DNA of 64,000 nucleotides from Nitrospirota bacterium (GCA_016180645.1 JACPAV010000003.1:248001-312000); one strand, 5' to 3'; shown: positions 10,722 to 22,608, counted from the first letter of the stretch. The notes: a model not told the origin generated them from the sequence alone. Program-made: numbers and translations.

Positions 10722-11202
10722 CTTTTCTCAGCCTTTCACGCAGTTTCGGCCGAAGGGCATACATTTCCTCGGGACTTTTCAGCTGGGTCAGAGCATCCAC
10801 GGTGGCCTTGACCAGATTGTGCGAGTTGCTCGATCCCATGCTTTTGGTGAGAATGTTTTTCACTCCCACCGCCTCGAGGATGGCGCGCACGGCGCCGCCG
10901 GCGATGACGCCTGTGCCCTTCGACGCCGGCTTCAACAAAACCTTGCCCGCGCCGAAGTGGCCCAGAACTTCGTAGGGGATCGTCCCCCCCACGAGCGGGA
11001 TCTTCACCATGTGCTTCTTGGCCTTTTCCAGCCCCTTCGAGATGGCGTCCGGAACTTCGTTGGCCTTGCTGAGGGCGAATCCGACGCGGCCCTGCCCGTC
11101 ACCCACAACCACAATGCAGTTGAAGCTCAAGCGCTTGCCACCCTTGACCACCTTGGCCACTCGGCCGATGTGCACGATTTTTTCTATAAATTCATCCGCC
11201 AC
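10696..11202 (-). CDS. rpsE: 30S ribosomal protein S5
   Basis: [26 protein letters not shown]. Confidence 0.97.
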   Translation of the reverse strand: MADEFIEKIVHIGRVAKVVKGGKRLSFNCIVVVGDGQGRVGFALSKANEVPDAISKGLEKAKKHMVKIPLVGGTIPYEVLGHFGAGKVLLKPASKGTGVIAGGAVRAILEAVGVKNILTKSMGSSNSHNLVKATVDALTQLKSPEEMYALRPKLRERLRKVETTTAHS

Positions 11203-11223
11203 TCGTGTCCCGCTCCTTCAGCG

Positions 11224-11592
11224 CTAGAACTTCAACCCGGCTTCGCGCGCGGCATCCGCCAGCGCCTTCACTCGGCCGTGGTAGAGATACCCATTGCGAT
11301 CAAAGACGACTTGCTTCACGCCTTTTTCCAGGGCCCGCTTCGCCAGCAGGGCGCCCACCTTTTTCGCCGCATCGACATTTCCCCCGTGCTTGGCTTTCCC
11401 CTTGAGTTCCTGCACGAGGCTGGATGCCGCTACAAGAGTTTTCGAGGTCAAATCATCCACGATCTGCCCGTAAATATGTTTGTGGCTGCGATACACGGTG
11501 AGGCGGGGCCGCTCCAAGGTACCGGACACATTCTTCCGGATCCGCCGCTTCCGTCGGGCGCGCTTGTCTTTCTTGAGGGTGTCCTGGCCCAT
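11224..11592 (-). CDS. rplR: 50S ribosomal protein L18
   Basis: [26 protein letters not shown]. Confidence 0.97.
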   Translation of the reverse strand: MGQDTLKKDKRARRKRRIRKNVSGTLERPRLTVYRSHKHIYGQIVDDLTSKTLVAASSLVQELKGKAKHGGNVDAAKKVGALLAKRALEKGVKQVVFDRNGYLYHGRVKALADAAREAGLKF

Positions 11593-11593
11593 C

Positions 11594-12142
11594 CTACGCC
11601 GCTTTCGCCACGGTGGCCTTGCCCACCTTGCGCCGGATGATCTCCCCGGCGTATTTGATCCCTTTTTCCTTGTACGGGTCCGCGGGGCGCGAATGTCGAA
11701 TCACCGAGGCCAACTGTCCCACGTCGTGGCGGTTGGCTCCCGATACCGTAAGGGCGTTTCCCTTTTCCACTTTCACCTGGATTCCCTCCGGGATCGGAAT
11801 TCGAACCGGGTGGTTGAATCCCAAGGTCAGGATCAATTCCTTCGCCTGGACTTCCGCCTTGAAACCCACGCCGCTGATTTCGAGCCCGCGACTGAAACCC
11901 TGCGAAACGCCGGTGACCATGTTGGCCAGTTGGGCCCGCGTGGTGCCGTACAACGGGGCCAATTCCTTCGACGGTGAATCCGGTCTAACCATGACATTGC
12001 CGTCCGCCACCTGTACCTGGATCCCCGCCGGGATGGTATGGTTGAGCTTTCCCTTCGGCCCCTCGACCGTGCAGACACGGCCCTGGACCGAGAGCTTTAC
12101 GCCTTGGGGAATGGGGATGATTTTCTTGCCGATGCGGGACAT
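11594..12142 (-). CDS. rplF: 50S ribosomal protein L6
   Basis: [22 protein letters not shown]. Confidence 0.97.
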   Translation of the reverse strand: MSRIGKKIIPIPQGVKLSVQGRVCTVEGPKGKLNHTIPAGIQVQVADGNVMVRPDSPSKELAPLYGTTRAQLANMVTGVSQGFSRGLEISGVGFKAEVQAKELILTLGFNHPVRIPIPEGIQVKVEKGNALTVSGANRHDVGQLASVIRHSRPADPYKEKGIKYAGEIIRRKVGKATVAKAA

Positions 12143-12145
12143 GCC

Positions 12146-12541
12146 TCACCATACCTCGCATAAGTATTCGCCGCCAATCTTCTGCCGCCGCGCGTCGTCA
12201 TCTGTTACGAGTCCGCGCGAGGTCGAAAAAATACCGATGCCATAGCCGCGGCGAACGCGGGGAATTTCCGCATGCCCCAGATACACCCGCCGGCCCGGCC
12301 TGCTGATCCGCCGGATCTGCTGGATGACCGATTGCTTGCCGGGCCCGTATCGCAGGAAAACCCTCAACATACCGAAACGACCATCATTGACGGCCATGAA
12401 TTTCTCGATGAATTGCTCTCGCTCCAAGATTTCCGCCAGATGAACCCGCAGTTTCGAGACGGGAATCTCGACGAAGGTCCGGCGCGTGCGGACGCCGTTC
12501 TTGAGCCGCACAATCATGTCCGCTACAGGATCGCTGACCAC
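12146..12541 (-). CDS. rpsH: 30S ribosomal protein S8
   Basis: DPVADMIVR, ISRPGRRVY, STSRG, GGEYLCEVW; GTG start at 12541. Confidence 0.95.
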   Translation of the reverse strand: MVSDPVADMIVRLKNGVRTRRTFVEIPVSKLRVHLAEILEREQFIEKFMAVNDGRFGMLRVFLRYGPGKQSVIQQIRRISRPGRRVYLGHAEIPRVRRGYGIGIFSTSRGLVTDDDARRQKIGGEYLCEVW

Positions 12542-12543
12542 GG

Positions 12544-12729
12544 CTACCAGCTCGCTTTCACCACGCCGGGAAGTTCGCCCTTCGACGCCAGCTTCCGGAA
12601 GCAAAGACGACACATGCTGAACTTCCGAATATAGGCCCGCGGACGCCCACACAAGGGACAACGGTTGTATGCCCGGACCTTGAACTTGGGCTTCATCCGG
12701 GATTTGAGTCTCAGACACTTCTTCGACAT
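12544..12729 (-). CDS. rpsN: 30S ribosomal protein S14, Zn-binding type Z
   Basis: 61 aa, RCPLCGRPR...CRLCFR...LPGVVKASW. Confidence 0.97.
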   Translation of the reverse strand: MSKKCLRLKSRMKPKFKVRAYNRCPLCGRPRAYIRKFSMCRLCFRKLASKGELPGVVKASW

Positions 12730-12734
12730 GGCAA

Positions 12735-13286
12735 TCAACTCCTTTGGAACGGAACACCCAGTAGAGCCAGAAGCTCCCGGGTCTCGGCCGAGCTCTTCCC
12801 GGTGGTTACAAACGTCACATTCATTCCCCTGGGCTTGTCGATCCACTCGAACTTGACTTCCGGGAAGATGCCCTGTTCGCGGAGGCCGAGGGTGTAGCTG
12901 CCGCGCCCGTCGAAAGACTTGGTCGAAACGCCCTTGAAGTCCCTCACCCGCGGGAGGACAATGCTTACCAGCCGGTCCAGGAATTCGTACATGATATCCC
13001 CGCGGAGCGTGACCCGGCACCCGATGGATTGGCCTCGGCGGATGCCGAAATTCGAAATCGATTTCTTGGCACGGGTAACCACGGGTTTCTGGCCGGTGAT
13101 CGCGGCCATCACCTGGGTCATGTTCTCCAGGGCTTTTGCGCCCTCAGCCTTCTTGGCCTCACCGATGCCCGAGTTGAGCACGATCTTGCTTAGCCGGGGC
13201 ACGGCAAAGAGATTCTTCGCCGCCAACTGCTTCAAAAGCTTTCCGGCGACCTCCTTCGAGTAGAGCTGTTTCAATCGCGCGGTCAT
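12735..13286 (-). CDS. rplE: 50S ribosomal protein L5
   Basis: [31 protein letters not shown] at 13286. Confidence 0.97.
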   Translation of the reverse strand: MTARLKQLYSKEVAGKLLKQLAAKNLFAVPRLSKIVLNSGIGEAKKAEGAKALENMTQVMAAITGQKPVVTRAKKSISNFGIRRGQSIGCRVTLRGDIMYEFLDRLVSIVLPRVRDFKGVSTKSFDGRGSYTLGLREQGIFPEVKFEWIDKPRGMNVTFVTTGKSSAETRELLALLGVPFQRS

Positions 13287-13612
13287 TTGTCCAGTGTCTC
13301 CCCGCATTTTGCGCAAAGCCTGACTTTGCCCCCATCGTCCAGCAACCGTACCCGCGTGCGGACGCCCTTCCCGCAACGCGTGCAATACAGCAGGACGTTT
13401 GAGATGTGGATGGGGGCCTCCTTCTCCACAATGCCACCCGGCTGCGTCTGACTGGGACGGGTGTGGCGTTTCACGATATTGACCCGCTCCACGACGACTC
13501 GATCCTTTTTCAGCAGCACCCGGAGAACCTTGCCGGTCTTGCCGCGGTCTTTTCCCACCTGAACGGCGACCACGTCGTCCCTTCGGACATGACCCGGCTC
13601 AAATTTGGCCAT
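13283..13612 (-). CDS. rplX: 50S ribosomal protein L24
   Basis: [13 protein letters not shown] motif, EAPIHISNV. Confidence 0.96.
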   Translation of the reverse strand: MAKFEPGHVRRDDVVAVQVGKDRGKTGKVLRVLLKKDRVVVERVNIVKRHTRPSQTQPGGIVEKEAPIHISNVLLYCTRCGKGVRTRVRLLDDGGKVRLCAKCGETLDK

Positions 13613-13614
13613 GC

Positions 13615-14019
13615 CTAGAGCACCTCCGGAGCAAGGGAAACGATCTTCATGAATTTGAGTCCTCGGAGCTCGCGCGCCACCGGTCCGAAGATGCGCGTGC
13701 CCAAAGGTTCATTATCCGTCCCCACGAGCACAATAGCGTTGTCGTCGAATCGAATGGTCGTCCCGTCCCTTCGCTTATGTTCTTTTCGGGTCCTCACCAC
13801 CACGGCCCGGACGACTTCGCCCTTTGTAAGTTTCCGTGTGGTCTTATCCTTGTCGGTTCGTCGCGTCATGAGTTGCGGAATGGCTTCCCGCACGGAGATC
13901 GTGATGATATCCCCGATCCGCGCATAGCGCTTCTTGGCGTAGCCGACCATCCCGATGCACTGGGCCTTCCGGACACCCGTGTTGTCGGCCACCTCCAGAA
14001 TGCTCCGGCGCCCGATCAT
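13615..14019 (-). CDS. rplN: 50S ribosomal protein L14 with internal insertion
   Basis: [37 protein letters not shown]. Confidence 0.97.
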   Translation of the reverse strand: MIGRRSILEVADNTGVRKAQCIGMVGYAKKRYARIGDIITISVREAIPQLMTRRTDKDKTTRKLTKGEVVRAVVVRTRKEHKRRDGTTIRFDDNAIVLVGTDNEPLGTRIFGPVARELRGLKFMKIVSLAPEVL

Positions 14020-14336
14020 GCGGCCGCTCCGCCTTCCGGCGCGGGAACTTCCCCGGCCGCGGACCCGGCCGTATCCGCCACGATTTCACCACCCTTCTGG
14101 ATCACTCGCAGCACCGCCCAACGTTTTCGCTTGCTGATCGGGCGGGATTCCCGGATTTCCACGCGATCCCCCACCTTGCACTCGCTCTTTTCGTCGTGCA
14201 CCAGAAAAGATTTCCGGCGGCGGAGGTACTTTCCGAACACCGTATGCATCTGCGTCCGGGTGACTTCGACGGACACGGTTTTCACCATGTTCGCGGAGAC
14301 GACGACCCCTTCCAGGATGCGCCTATTTTTCTGCAT
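14016..14336 (-). CDS. rpsQ: 30S ribosomal protein S17
   Basis: [22 protein letters not shown]. Confidence 0.96.
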   Translation of the reverse strand: MQKNRRILEGVVVSANMVKTVSVEVTRTQMHTVFGKYLRRRKSFLVHDEKSECKVGDRVEIRESRPISKRKRWAVLRVIQKGGEIVADTAGSAAGEVPAPEGGAAA

Positions 14337-14535
14337 GGGCCGCTTTCTCCTTTTGTCTCATGATGGTCAGAATTCTGGCTTTGTCCCGCCGCAGGAGGCG
14401 CCCTTTGGCGCTCGCCGGTCCACGGCGGCCTCGGGCTTCCAAACGGGCCTTGAGCATGTCGTTGCTGATGTCCTGGAGCTTCTTTCCCAGCTCATCACCG
14501 GTCATTTCTCTCAGCTCCCTCGATTTCAAACTCAT
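14323..14535 (-). CDS. rpmC: 50S ribosomal protein L29
   Basis: ELREM...RRDKARILTI; between rplP and rpsQ. Confidence 0.9.
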   Translation of the reverse strand: MSLKSRELREMTGDELGKKLQDISNDMLKARLEARGRRGPASAKGRLLRRDKARILTIMRQKEKAAHAEK

Positions 14536-14948
14536 AGCGTATCCGCCCTCGCGATGAATTTCGTCAGGACCGGCAGCTTGCTCGCCGCCAGTCGGAGCGC
14601 CGAAACGGCTTGGGCTTGACCTACGCCTTCGACCTCGAAAAGGACTTTTCCGGGTTTGATGAGGACATACCAACCTTCGATATTCCCTTTGCCTTTTCCC
14701 ATACGCGTTTCGAGCGGTTTCTTGGTGAAAGGCATGTTCGGCTGCACCCGGATCCAAAGTTTGCCGCCCTTCCCCATGGCGCGAATGATAGCCACGCGAC
14801 CCGCCTCGAGCTGACGATCCGTGACGTGACCGGCTTCCACGGCTTTGAGCCCGTAGGCGCCGAAGGCCAGATTCGTCCCCCCTTTGGCCACACCGCCGAC
14901 CTTCTGGGTGTGGTAGAACCGGAACTTCGTCCGGCTAGGCTGCAGCAT
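14532..14948 (-). CDS. rplP: 50S ribosomal protein L16
   Basis: MLQP.RTKFR, RMGKGKG, KLP. Confidence 0.97.
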   Translation of the reverse strand: MLQPSRTKFRFYHTQKVGGVAKGGTNLAFGAYGLKAVEAGHVTDRQLEAGRVAIIRAMGKGGKLWIRVQPNMPFTKKPLETRMGKGKGNIEGWYVLIKPGKVLFEVEGVGQAQAVSALRLAASKLPVLTKFIARADTL

Positions 14949-15609
14949 TCACGGCCTCCTTCTTGGGCGCCTGCAGCACCTCCCGCTCCAACACCTCTCC
15001 CTTGAAGATCCACACTTTCACGCCGATGACGCCATATTTCGTGTGGGCCTCGTGCACGCCGAAATCGATATCGGCCCGGAGCGTGTGGAGCGGAACGCGG
15101 CCTTCCCGATACCACTCCCGGCGGGCGATTTCAGAGCCGCCCAGCCGGCCGGCGCACATGATCTTCACCCCGAGCGCCCCGTATTGGAGCGCCGTCCCAA
15201 TCGCCTTGCGCATCGCCCGGCGGTAGGAGATCCGGCTCTCGAGCTGGCGCGCCACGGATTGGGAAACCAATTGGGCGTCCGTCTCCGGACGGCGCACTTC
15301 CCTCACTTCCACTTCCACCTTAACGCCCTGCTTCTTCTCGATGATGTCCTCAATTTTCTTGCTCTCCACCCCTTTCTTCCCGATGACCATGCCGGGCCGG
15401 GAGGTGTGGACGATGACCTTGGGCGATCGCCCCGAGCGTTCCATCTCCACCTTGGAGATCCCCGCCGTGGACCACTCCCGCTGGATGATGTCGCGGATGA
15501 ACAGATCCTGGTGGAGCCAGGTCGCATAGTCCTTCTCGGCATACCAGCGTGACGTCCAGTCCTTGACGATCTTGAGACGGAAACCGATCGGGTTGACTTT
15601 TTGTCCCAT
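14935..15609 (-). CDS. rpsC: 30S ribosomal protein S3
   Basis: MGQKVNPIGFRL, GRLGGSEIARRE, GRVPLHTLRADID. Confidence 0.98.
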   Translation of the reverse strand: MGQKVNPIGFRLKIVKDWTSRWYAEKDYATWLHQDLFIRDIIQREWSTAGISKVEMERSGRSPKVIVHTSRPGMVIGKKGVESKKIEDIIEKKQGVKVEVEVREVRRPETDAQLVSQSVARQLESRISYRRAMRKAIGTALQYGALGVKIMCAGRLGGSEIARREWYREGRVPLHTLRADIDFGVHEAHTKYGVIGVKVWIFKGEVLEREVLQAPKKEAVNAAA

Positions 15610-15610
15610 G

Positions 15611-15946
15611 CTACCTCGCTTCAGCCAGTTCAATGGAAATATGGCACATGCGCTTCCGGACCTTCCCGGCGCGCCCGAACGGCATGGGCCGAAACCGCTT
15701 CATCATCGGTCCCTCATCCACCACCGCTTTCGCCACGATCAGTTTTTCCAAGTTCATGTCCGTATGCGATTCCGCGCTCGCGACCGCGGCCTTCAGGAGT
15801 TTGAGAATGATACTGCTCGATTTTCTTTCCACGCCTCGGAGAATGGCCTCGGCCTCCTCCACCCGCTTCCCTCGAATGAGCCGGATGACGTCACGCACTT
15901 TCCGGGGCTTCAGCCGCGCGAATCTTAATTTGGCATTGGCCGCCAC
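15611..15946 (-). CDS. rplV: 50S ribosomal protein L22
   Basis: PRKVR.V..LIRG, VDEGP.MKRFRP. Confidence 0.96.
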   Translation of the reverse strand: MAANAKLRFARLKPRKVRDVIRLIRGKRVEEAEAILRGVERKSSSIILKLLKAAVASAESHTDMNLEKLIVAKAVVDEGPMMKRFRPMPFGRAGKVRKRMCHISIELAEAR

Positions 15947-15954
15947 ACGTCACC

Positions 15955-16323
15955 TCAACTCTTGGCCGGGGCCGCGGCAGGGGCGGCCGCTGCCGGCGCG
16001 GCTCCCGCGGCCGGCGCCGAGCCGGAGGCAGGGGCGCCCGCGGCGGCGGCGATGGACGCTTTCGACGGTACGCCATGCGTCGGTGATTTCCGGGTGGGAG
16101 CGAACTCTCCCAGCTTGTGCCCGATCATCGCCTCGGTGATGTAAACCGGATTGAACTTGTTTCCATTGTGGACCAGGAACGTGAACCCGATCATTTCGGG
16201 AACGATCATGCTGCGCCTCGACCACGTCTTGATCGGCTGCCGGGACGAGGCCCGGCCCATTTTCTCAATTTTCTCCAGCAGGTGGCCGTCCACGAAGGGT
16301 CCCTTTTTCAGCGATCTCGGCAT
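15955..16323 (-). CDS. rpsS: 30S ribosomal protein S19 with Ala/Pro-rich tail
   Basis: [28 protein letters not shown]. Confidence 0.97.
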   Translation of the reverse strand: MPRSLKKGPFVDGHLLEKIEKMGRASSRQPIKTWSRRSMIVPEMIGFTFLVHNGNKFNPVYITEAMIGHKLGEFAPTRKSPTHGVPSKASIAAAAGAPASGSAPAAGAAPAAAAPAAAPAKS

Positions 16324-17150
16324 TAGAGCCTCCGGTCCTTCACAATGTACTTGTCGGTCGACTTGTTCTTTCGGGTCTTGTACCCCTTGGCCAGCACCCC
16401 GGTCGGCGAAACCGGATGGGGATTGCCCTGGCCCGACTTGCCTTCACCACCGCCGTGCGGATGATCCACGGGGTTCATGGCCGCGCCGCGCACGTGCGGG
16501 CGCCATCCCATCCACCGCATCCGTCCCGCCTTCCCGATGGTCAGGTTCGAATGGTCGATGTTTCCAATTTGACCCACCGTGGCATAACACGCCAGGCGCA
16601 CTCGGCGTATTTCTCCCGAAGGCAGCTTGATCTGCGCATAATCCCCTTCCTTCGCGAGTATCTGGGCGCCCCCCCCCGCGCTCCGCACCATCTGGCCGCC
16701 TCGGCCGGGATTCAATTCGATGTTGTGGACGATTTGACCTTCCGGGATGTTCAGCAACGGGAGCGCATTGCCGGTTTTCACGTCCGATTCGGGCCCGCTC
16801 ACCACCGTGTCTCCGATCTTGAGGCCCAGGGGAGCCAGGATGTAGCGCTTCTCGCCATCCGCGTATTGAACGAGCGCCAGATCGGCGGAACGATTCGGGT
16901 CGTATTCCAACGCCACCACCTGGGCCGGCATTCCCACCTTGTCGCGACGGAAATCGATGATGCGGTAGAGCCGGCGGTGCCCCCCCCCCCGGTGACGCAT
17001 GGTAATCCGGCCCTGGTTGTTGTGTCCCAGCGCCCGATGGCGGAAGTACACCAGCGACGGCTCCGGTTCCTTGTGGGTCAAGCCGGAGACATCCCGCATT
17101 TCACGGAACCGCGAGGCCGGTGAGCGGGGGCGGAGTCGTCGAAGCGGCAT
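16323..17150 (-). CDS. rplB: 50S ribosomal protein L2
   Basis: [28 protein letters not shown]. Confidence 0.98.
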   Translation of the reverse strand: MPLRRLRPRSPASRFREMRDVSGLTHKEPEPSLVYFRHRALGHNNQGRITMRHRGGGHRRLYRIIDFRRDKVGMPAQVVALEYDPNRSADLALVQYADGEKRYILAPLGLKIGDTVVSGPESDVKTGNALPLLNIPEGQIVHNIELNPGRGGQMVRSAGGGAQILAKEGDYAQIKLPSGEIRRVRLACYATVGQIGNIDHSNLTIGKAGRMRWMGWRPHVRGAAMNPVDHPHGGGEGKSGQGNPHPVSPTGVLAKGYKTRKNKSTDKYIVKDRRL

Positions 17151-17154
17151 CGTA

Positions 17155-17487
17155 TCAGGCCAGCGGCAGCCGCTGGCCCTCCTTCAGGGTTACGACGGCT
17201 TTCTTCCAGTTGGGCCGGCGCGACTCGAAAAACTTCATGCCCTTGGGGGAGCGGGTCCGGCCGGCCACGCCCTTGCCGCGCACGATCAGCGTGGCGACCC
17301 GGGTCACCGTGACCTTGTACAGTTTCTCGACGGCGTGTTTGATGGCCGTCTTGGTTGCATCCTTCGTCACTTCGAAAACCCACTGATTGTCACTCATCTG
17401 AAAACCCTTGGTTTTCTCGGTCACCACCTGACGGACCAGGAGATTCTGCCACCGTACTTCCTCAGGCTGAACGAGGATCTTGCTCAT
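17155..17487 (-). CDS. rplW: 50S ribosomal protein L23
   Basis: [25 protein letters not shown] at 17487. Confidence 0.94.
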   Translation of the reverse strand: MSKILVQPEEVRWQNLLVRQVVTEKTKGFQMSDNQWVFEVTKDATKTAIKHAVEKLYKVTVTRVATLIVRGKGVAGRTRSPKGMKFFESRRPNWKKAVVTLKEGQRLPLA

Positions 17488-18131
17488 GACGGTTTCCCCT
17501 CCCCGTCGGCCTTGAACCAAGTCTTCAGGCTTTCCACTCCCTTCCGGGTCAACACGATCTTTTTGTGGAGAAGAATGGTGTACACATCCAGGTTCTGGGG
17601 AACCGTCAGGCGAACCTTCGGCAAGTTTCTCACGGCGCGCCTCAGCAACGGGTCCGGCGAAGCATCGATGACCAGCACGTTTTCTCCCACGCCGAGGGCC
17701 GACAGGATCACGGCCGCTTCCTTGGTCTTCCCCTTTTCCACCTTCAGCTCATCCACCACGGACAGGTTTCCGCTCTTGAATTGATGGGAGAGGGCCGAGA
17801 ACAGAGCAGCGCGGTTCACTTTCTTGGGCAGGTGCCAGCCGTAGTCGCGGGGTAGCGGCCCAAATACGATGGCTCCACCCACCCAAATCGGCGATATGAT
17901 GGATCCGGCCCGCGCGCGCCCCGTATGCTTCTGCTTCCAGGGCTTCTTGCCGCCGCCTTTCATGGCGCTTCGAGTTTTCGTGGAGGCGGTTCCCTGACGG
18001 AGCCGGGCCAGATGGGCGACGACGGCGGAGTGCATCAAATCTTTGCGGACACGAGCTTCGAACAACGCCGGGGGAAGATTCAAATCTCCCACGCGCTCAT
18101 TTCGACTGTTGACAACCGGAACGGAGGCCAT
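17484..18131 (-). CDS. rplD: 50S ribosomal protein L4
   Basis: RQGTASTKTR, KPWKQKHTGRARAGS, FGP.PRDY; start uncertain (18131-18146). Confidence 0.96.
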   Translation of the reverse strand: MASVPVVNSRNERVGDLNLPPALFEARVRKDLMHSAVVAHLARLRQGTASTKTRSAMKGGGKKPWKQKHTGRARAGSIISPIWVGGAIVFGPLPRDYGWHLPKKVNRAALFSALSHQFKSGNLSVVDELKVEKGKTKEAAVILSALGVGENVLVIDASPDPLLRRAVRNLPKVRLTVPQNLDVYTILLHKKIVLTRKGVESLKTWFKADGEGKPS

Positions 18132-18142
18132 ATCCGTCACCC

Positions 18143-18775
18143 TCAAGACGCTTTCATGATGACGAGAACTCCGTTCGGCGGTCCGGGAAGCGCACCTTTG
18201 ATCAGAAGAAGCTGATCGCTTTCCTTCACCTCGACGACTTCGAGTCCCTTGATCGTGGCCTGTTTTGCGCCCATGTGCCCCGGGAATTCGCGTCCCTTGA
18301 GAACCCGACCGGGATCGGTGCCCGACCCCGCGCTCCCCGGCGCGCGGTGGAACATCGAGCCGTGCGAATCCTTGCCGCCCGTATGACCGTGACGCCGGAT
18401 AACGCCCTGGAATCCCCGCCCCTTGGTCACGCCCGACACGCCGACCTTGTCTCCCTTGGCGAAAATGCCCACCGTGATTTCCTGCCCGAGTTGAAAGCCA
18501 TCAATGGCGCCCACTTTGAATTCCTTCACATGACGGAACGCGCGGCCTCCACTCTTCTTGAAATGTCCGAGCATCGGCTTGGTGGCCCGATTCTCCTTCA
18601 CGGCGGCGAACCCTACTTGAATGGCGCCATAACCATCCTTCTCCGGGGTTTTGATTTGCGTCACGAAACAGGGGCCGGCCTTGACCACCGTCACGGGCGT
18701 TACGGTTCCGTCCTTCTCGAAGACTCTGGTCATTCCGACTTTCGTCCCAAGGAGTCCGGAGAGCCCGCCCGCCAT
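18143..18775 (-). CDS. rplC: 50S ribosomal protein L3
   Basis: KVGMT, DGY.AIQ, KGRGFQG, HRAPGS, PGHMG. Confidence 0.97.
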   Translation of the reverse strand: MAGGLSGLLGTKVGMTRVFEKDGTVTPVTVVKAGPCFVTQIKTPEKDGYGAIQVGFAAVKENRATKPMLGHFKKSGGRAFRHVKEFKVGAIDGFQLGQEITVGIFAKGDKVGVSGVTKGRGFQGVIRRHGHTGGKDSHGSMFHRAPGSAGSGTDPGRVLKGREFPGHMGAKQATIKGLEVVEVKESDQLLLIKGALPGPPNGVLVIMKAS

Positions 18776-18782
18776 TTCGCCC

Positions 18783-19094
18783 TCATCCCTTCTTGATGCT
18801 GGCGCTCACGCCCGCCGGAAGCTCGAGCTTCGACAGGGCCTCGCCGGTCATCGATGTTCCGCTGATGATGTAGATCACGCGCTTGTGCGTGCGGATCTCA
18901 AAATGTTCGCGGGATTTCTTATTGACATGGGGCGATCGAAGAACACAAAACCGGTTGATCTTGGTGGGCAGAGGAATGGGGCCGGCCATCTGCGCGCCCG
19001 TCCGGTTCAAGGTATCCACCACGTCCTTCACCGCCTTGTCCAACAGACGGTGGTCGAAGGACTTGAGGATGATCCGGTCTTTGCTGTTCTCCAC
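18783..19094 (-). CDS. rpsJ: 30S ribosomal protein S10
   Basis: [27 protein letters not shown]. Confidence 0.97.
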   Translation of the reverse strand: MENSKDRIILKSFDHRLLDKAVKDVVDTLNRTGAQMAGPIPLPTKINRFCVLRSPHVNKKSREHFEIRTHKRVIYIISGTSMTGEALSKLELPAGVSASIKKG

Positions 19095-19134
19095 CCCGCA
19101 CCTATGCCTTGAGATCCATCAGAATCGATACTCC

Positions 19135-20325
19135 CTACTCGTTGATCTTGGCGACCACGCCGGCGCCCACGGTTTTGCCGCCCTCGCGGATGGCGAACCG
19201 GAGACCCTCTTCCATGGCAATGGGCGTGATCAATTCGACCTTCATTTTCACGTTGTCACCCGGCAGAACCATTTCCACGCCCGCCGGCAGTTCCACGCTG
19301 CCGGTCACATCGGTGGTGCGGAAGTAGAACTGCGGGCGGTATCCCTTGAAGAAGGGCGTGTGACGACCGCCTTCCTCCTTGCTGAGAATGTAAACCTCCC
19401 CGTCGAATTTCGTGTGGGGCGTGACGCTTCCGGGTTTGGAGACCACCTGACCGCGCTCCACATCTTCTTTCTTGGTGCCTCGAAGAAGGAGACCGACGTT
19501 GTCGCCCGCCCTGCCTTCATCGAGAACCTTGCGGAACATCTCGACACCCGTGATGACGGTTTTGGACGTGGCCCGAAATCCAACGATTTCGACTTCTTCG
19601 CCCACCTTGGCCTTGCCCCGCTCCACGCGGCCCGTAACCACCGTCCCGCGGCCTGAGATGGAGAATACGTCCTCCACCGGCATCAGGAACGGTTTGTCGA
19701 TGTCCCGGACGGGCTCGGGGATGATCGTGTCGATGGTCTCCATCAGTTTCAGGATGGCTGCCTCACCGATATCACTCGTGTCGCCCTCCAACGCCTTAAT
19801 GGCGCTTCCGCGAACAACGGGAATCTTGTCGCCGGGGAATTCATATTTGGTGAGCAACTCCCGAACTTCCAATTCGACAAGATCCAGCAACTCCTTGTCC
19901 TCCATGGCATCGCACTTGTTGAGGAACACCACGATGTGGGGGACGCCCACCTGTCGGGCCAGAAGAATGTGCTCCCGCGTCTGGGGCATCGGGCCGTCCG
20001 GGGCGCTGACAACGAGAATGGCGCCGTCCATCTGAGCGGCGCCGGTGATCATGTTCTTGATGTAGTCCGCGTGCCCGGGGCAGTCGACGTGCGCATAGTG
20101 GCGGGTGGGGGTCTCGTATTCCGCGTGGTGGACGTTGATCGTCACGCCTCGCGCCTTTTCCTCCGGGGCGTTGTCGATTTCCTCATAGGACCTGGCCTGG
20201 GCCAACCCCTTTCGCGCGAGGACGTTCGTGATCGCGCTTGTGAGGGTCGTCTTCCCGTGATCCACGTGACCGATCGTTCCGATATTCACGTGCGGCTTCT
20301 TTCGATCGAATTTCTGTTTCGACAT
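19135..20325 (-). CDS. tuf: Elongation factor Tu
   Basis: [29 protein letters not shown]. Confidence 0.99.
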   Translation of the reverse strand: MSKQKFDRKKPHVNIGTIGHVDHGKTTLTSAITNVLARKGLAQARSYEEIDNAPEEKARGVTINVHHAEYETPTRHYAHVDCPGHADYIKNMITGAAQMDGAILVVSAPDGPMPQTREHILLARQVGVPHIVVFLNKCDAMEDKELLDLVELEVRELLTKYEFPGDKIPVVRGSAIKALEGDTSDIGEAAILKLMETIDTIIPEPVRDIDKPFLMPVEDVFSISGRGTVVTGRVERGKAKVGEEVEIVGFRATSKTVITGVEMFRKVLDEGRAGDNVGLLLRGTKKEDVERGQVVSKPGSVTPHTKFDGEVYILSKEEGGRHTPFFKGYRPQFYFRTTDVTGSVELPAGVEMVLPGDNVKMKVELITPIAMEEGLRFAIREGGKTVGAGVVAKINE

Positions 20326-20356
20326 GTGTACCTCCTAGAGCGGACTCGCCGCCTCA

Positions 20357-20420
20357 AGAATGGAAGATCGAGAATCGGCGATACCCGGTTCCCGATTTTC
20401 GACAGTCGATTGTCGATTCT
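20357..20420. repeat. Inverted pair of degenerate 7-bp tandem arrays (consensus ARAATCG / CGATTYT)
   Basis: agaatgg-aagatcg-agaatcg facing cgatttt-cgacagt-cgattgt-cgattct in the fusA-tuf spacer. Confidence 0.6.
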
Positions 20421-20442
20421 TTTGAAACATGTTCCTCATGAT

Positions 20443-22605
20443 TTAGTTCTTTGTTGGGGTAGTCTTCCCCCCGGTGAGTTTTTCGAGGACGCTCGCCGGC
20501 ACTCGGGAATAATGGTCGAACTGCATGGTGTAGGTCCCACGCCCTTGCGTCAGGCTCCGGAGACCCGTGGCATAACCGAACATCTGTTCGAGGGGCACAT
20601 CCGCGCGGATGACGCGGATACCACCCCGGGGTTCGATTTCGCCGATTTTCCCGCGCCGCGTGTTGACGTCCCCGAGCACCTCGCCCAGGAACGATTCGGG
20701 GACCACCACTTCAAGCTTCATGATGGGCTCGAGGAGGATCGGTCCGGCGGATTTCAAGGCGTCCTTGATCGCCATGCTCCCGGCAATCTTGTAGGCTATT
20801 TCCGACGAATCGACCTCGTGATAGGAACCGTCGAGAATCGTCGCCTTTACATCCATTACGGGATATCCGCGGACCGGACCGGAATCCATGGCTTCGCGGA
20901 TTCCCTTCTCGATAGCGGGCATGAACTCCCTTGGAATCGAGCCGCCCTTGATGGCATTTTCGAACTCGAACCCCTTGCCGGTTTCCTGGGGATCGGCGCG
21001 GAGGACGACGTGCCCGTACTGGCCGCGACCGCCGGTCTGACGGATGTAGCGACCTTCGCCTTCGGCTGCCCGGGTAATCGTTTCCTTGTAGGCCACCTGG
21101 GGCTTGCCGACATTGGCGGCCACTTTGAATTCACGGAGCATGCGATCGACGATGATTTCGAGATGGAGCTCTCCCATTCCGGCGATGATGAGCTGGCCGG
21201 TTTCGGGGTCCTGGCGCATCCGGAAGGACGGATCCTCCAGCGCCAGCCGTTGAAGGGAGACATCCATCCGGTCCTGATCCGCCTTGGTCTTGGGTTCGAT
21301 GGCCACCGAGATGACGGGTTCCGGAAAATCCATGGCCTCCAGAACGATCGGGTGATCTTCGTCCGAAAGGGTGTCGCCCGTGATGACGTCCTTGAGACCC
21401 CCAATGGCCACGATCTCGCCGGCCGACGCCTGCTTGATGTCTTCCACTTTATTGGCGTGCACTTTCAGCAGGCGTCCGACCCGCACTCTCCGATCCCTGC
21501 GGGGATTGAAGATATTCTGTCCCGCCTCCACCACACCGGAATAAATGCGCACATAGGTGAGTTGGCCCATGTGGGGGTCGGTCACAATCTTGAAGGCGAG
21601 GGCCGCCATGGGGTCCTTCGCATCGGGCTTGCGCAGCTCTTTTTCCTTGGTATCCGGATTCGTGCCTTCGACCGGGGGCACATCGAACGGCGACGGAAGG
21701 AAATGCACAACCGCATCCAAGAGCGGCTGGATGCCCTTGTTCTTGAAGGCGGAGCCGCAAAGGACGGGCACCGCATGGAGCTTGAGCGTGGCCGCCCGAA
21801 GCGCCTTCCGGATTTCCGCGACCCCGAACGGTTTCTTTTCAAGATAAAGATCCATGAAGACTTCGTCCGACTCGGCCAGCAGTTCGAGCATTCTTGTTCG
21901 CGCCGCACTCACCTGCGACTGGAGCTCGGCCGGCACCTCCTGCAGGGTATACTTGGCCCCGAGGGTTGTGGAATCCCAAGTCCATGCTTTCTCTTCGATA
22001 AGGTCCACCACGCCTAGGAATTCGCCTTCCTTCGTGAAATGCGGAAGCTGCACGGGGATCGGTGTCATGGATAGGCGCTCTTTCATCATCGCCACCACTT
22101 GAGCGTAGTCGGCGCCGACGCGATCAAGCTTGTTGACAAAGGCGATGCGCGGCACTCCGTACTTGTCCGCCTGTCTCCAGACCGTTTCCGTCTGGGGCTC
22201 CACTCCGCCCACGCCGCAGAACACGGCAATGGCGCCGTCCAGAACCCTCAACGAGCGCTCGACCTCGATGGTGAAGTCCACGTGCCCAGGGGTGTCGATC
22301 AGGTTGATCCGATGGTTCTTCCAGTGGCAGGTGGTCGCCGCCGCCGTAATCGTGATGCCCCGTTCCTGCTCCTGCTCCATCCAATCCATCTGGGTGTTGC
22401 CTTCATCCACATTCCCCAGTTTGTACGTTACGCCGGTGTAGTAGAGGACGCGTTCCGTGGTGGTCGTCTTCCCCGCGTCGATGTGCGCCATGATTCCGAT
22501 GTTCCGGGAACGATCAAGCGCGGACGGGGAGGCCTCGGGTTTGGCCGGCACGGAAACCGGAGAGGCATTGACCGTAGAGGATTCCACCGTAGACGCTCCC
22601 AGCAT
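20443..22605 (-). CDS. fusA: Elongation factor G
   Basis: [34 protein letters not shown]. Confidence 0.99.
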   Translation of the reverse strand: MLGASTVESSTVNASPVSVPAKPEASPSALDRSRNIGIMAHIDAGKTTTTERVLYYTGVTYKLGNVDEGNTQMDWMEQEQERGITITAAATTCHWKNHRINLIDTPGHVDFTIEVERSLRVLDGAIAVFCGVGGVEPQTETVWRQADKYGVPRIAFVNKLDRVGADYAQVVAMMKERLSMTPIPVQLPHFTKEGEFLGVVDLIEEKAWTWDSTTLGAKYTLQEVPAELQSQVSAARTRMLELLAESDEVFMDLYLEKKPFGVAEIRKALRAATLKLHAVPVLCGSAFKNKGIQPLLDAVVHFLPSPFDVPPVEGTNPDTKEKELRKPDAKDPMAALAFKIVTDPHMGQLTYVRIYSGVVEAGQNIFNPRRDRRVRVGRLLKVHANKVEDIKQASAGEIVAIGGLKDVITGDTLSDEDHPIVLEAMDFPEPVISVAIEPKTKADQDRMDVSLQRLALEDPSFRMRQDPETGQLIIAGMGELHLEIIVDRMLREFKVAANVGKPQVAYKETITRAAEGEGRYIRQTGGRGQYGHVVLRADPQETGKGFEFENAIKGGSIPREFMPAIEKGIREAMDSGPVRGYPVMDVKATILDGSYHEVDSSEIAYKIAGSMAIKDALKSAGPILLEPIMKLEVVVPESFLGEVLGDVNTRRGKIGEIEPRGGIRVIRADVPLEQMFGYATGLRSLTQGRGTYTMQFDHYSRVPASVLEKLTGGKTTPTKN

Positions 22606-22608
22606 GAT

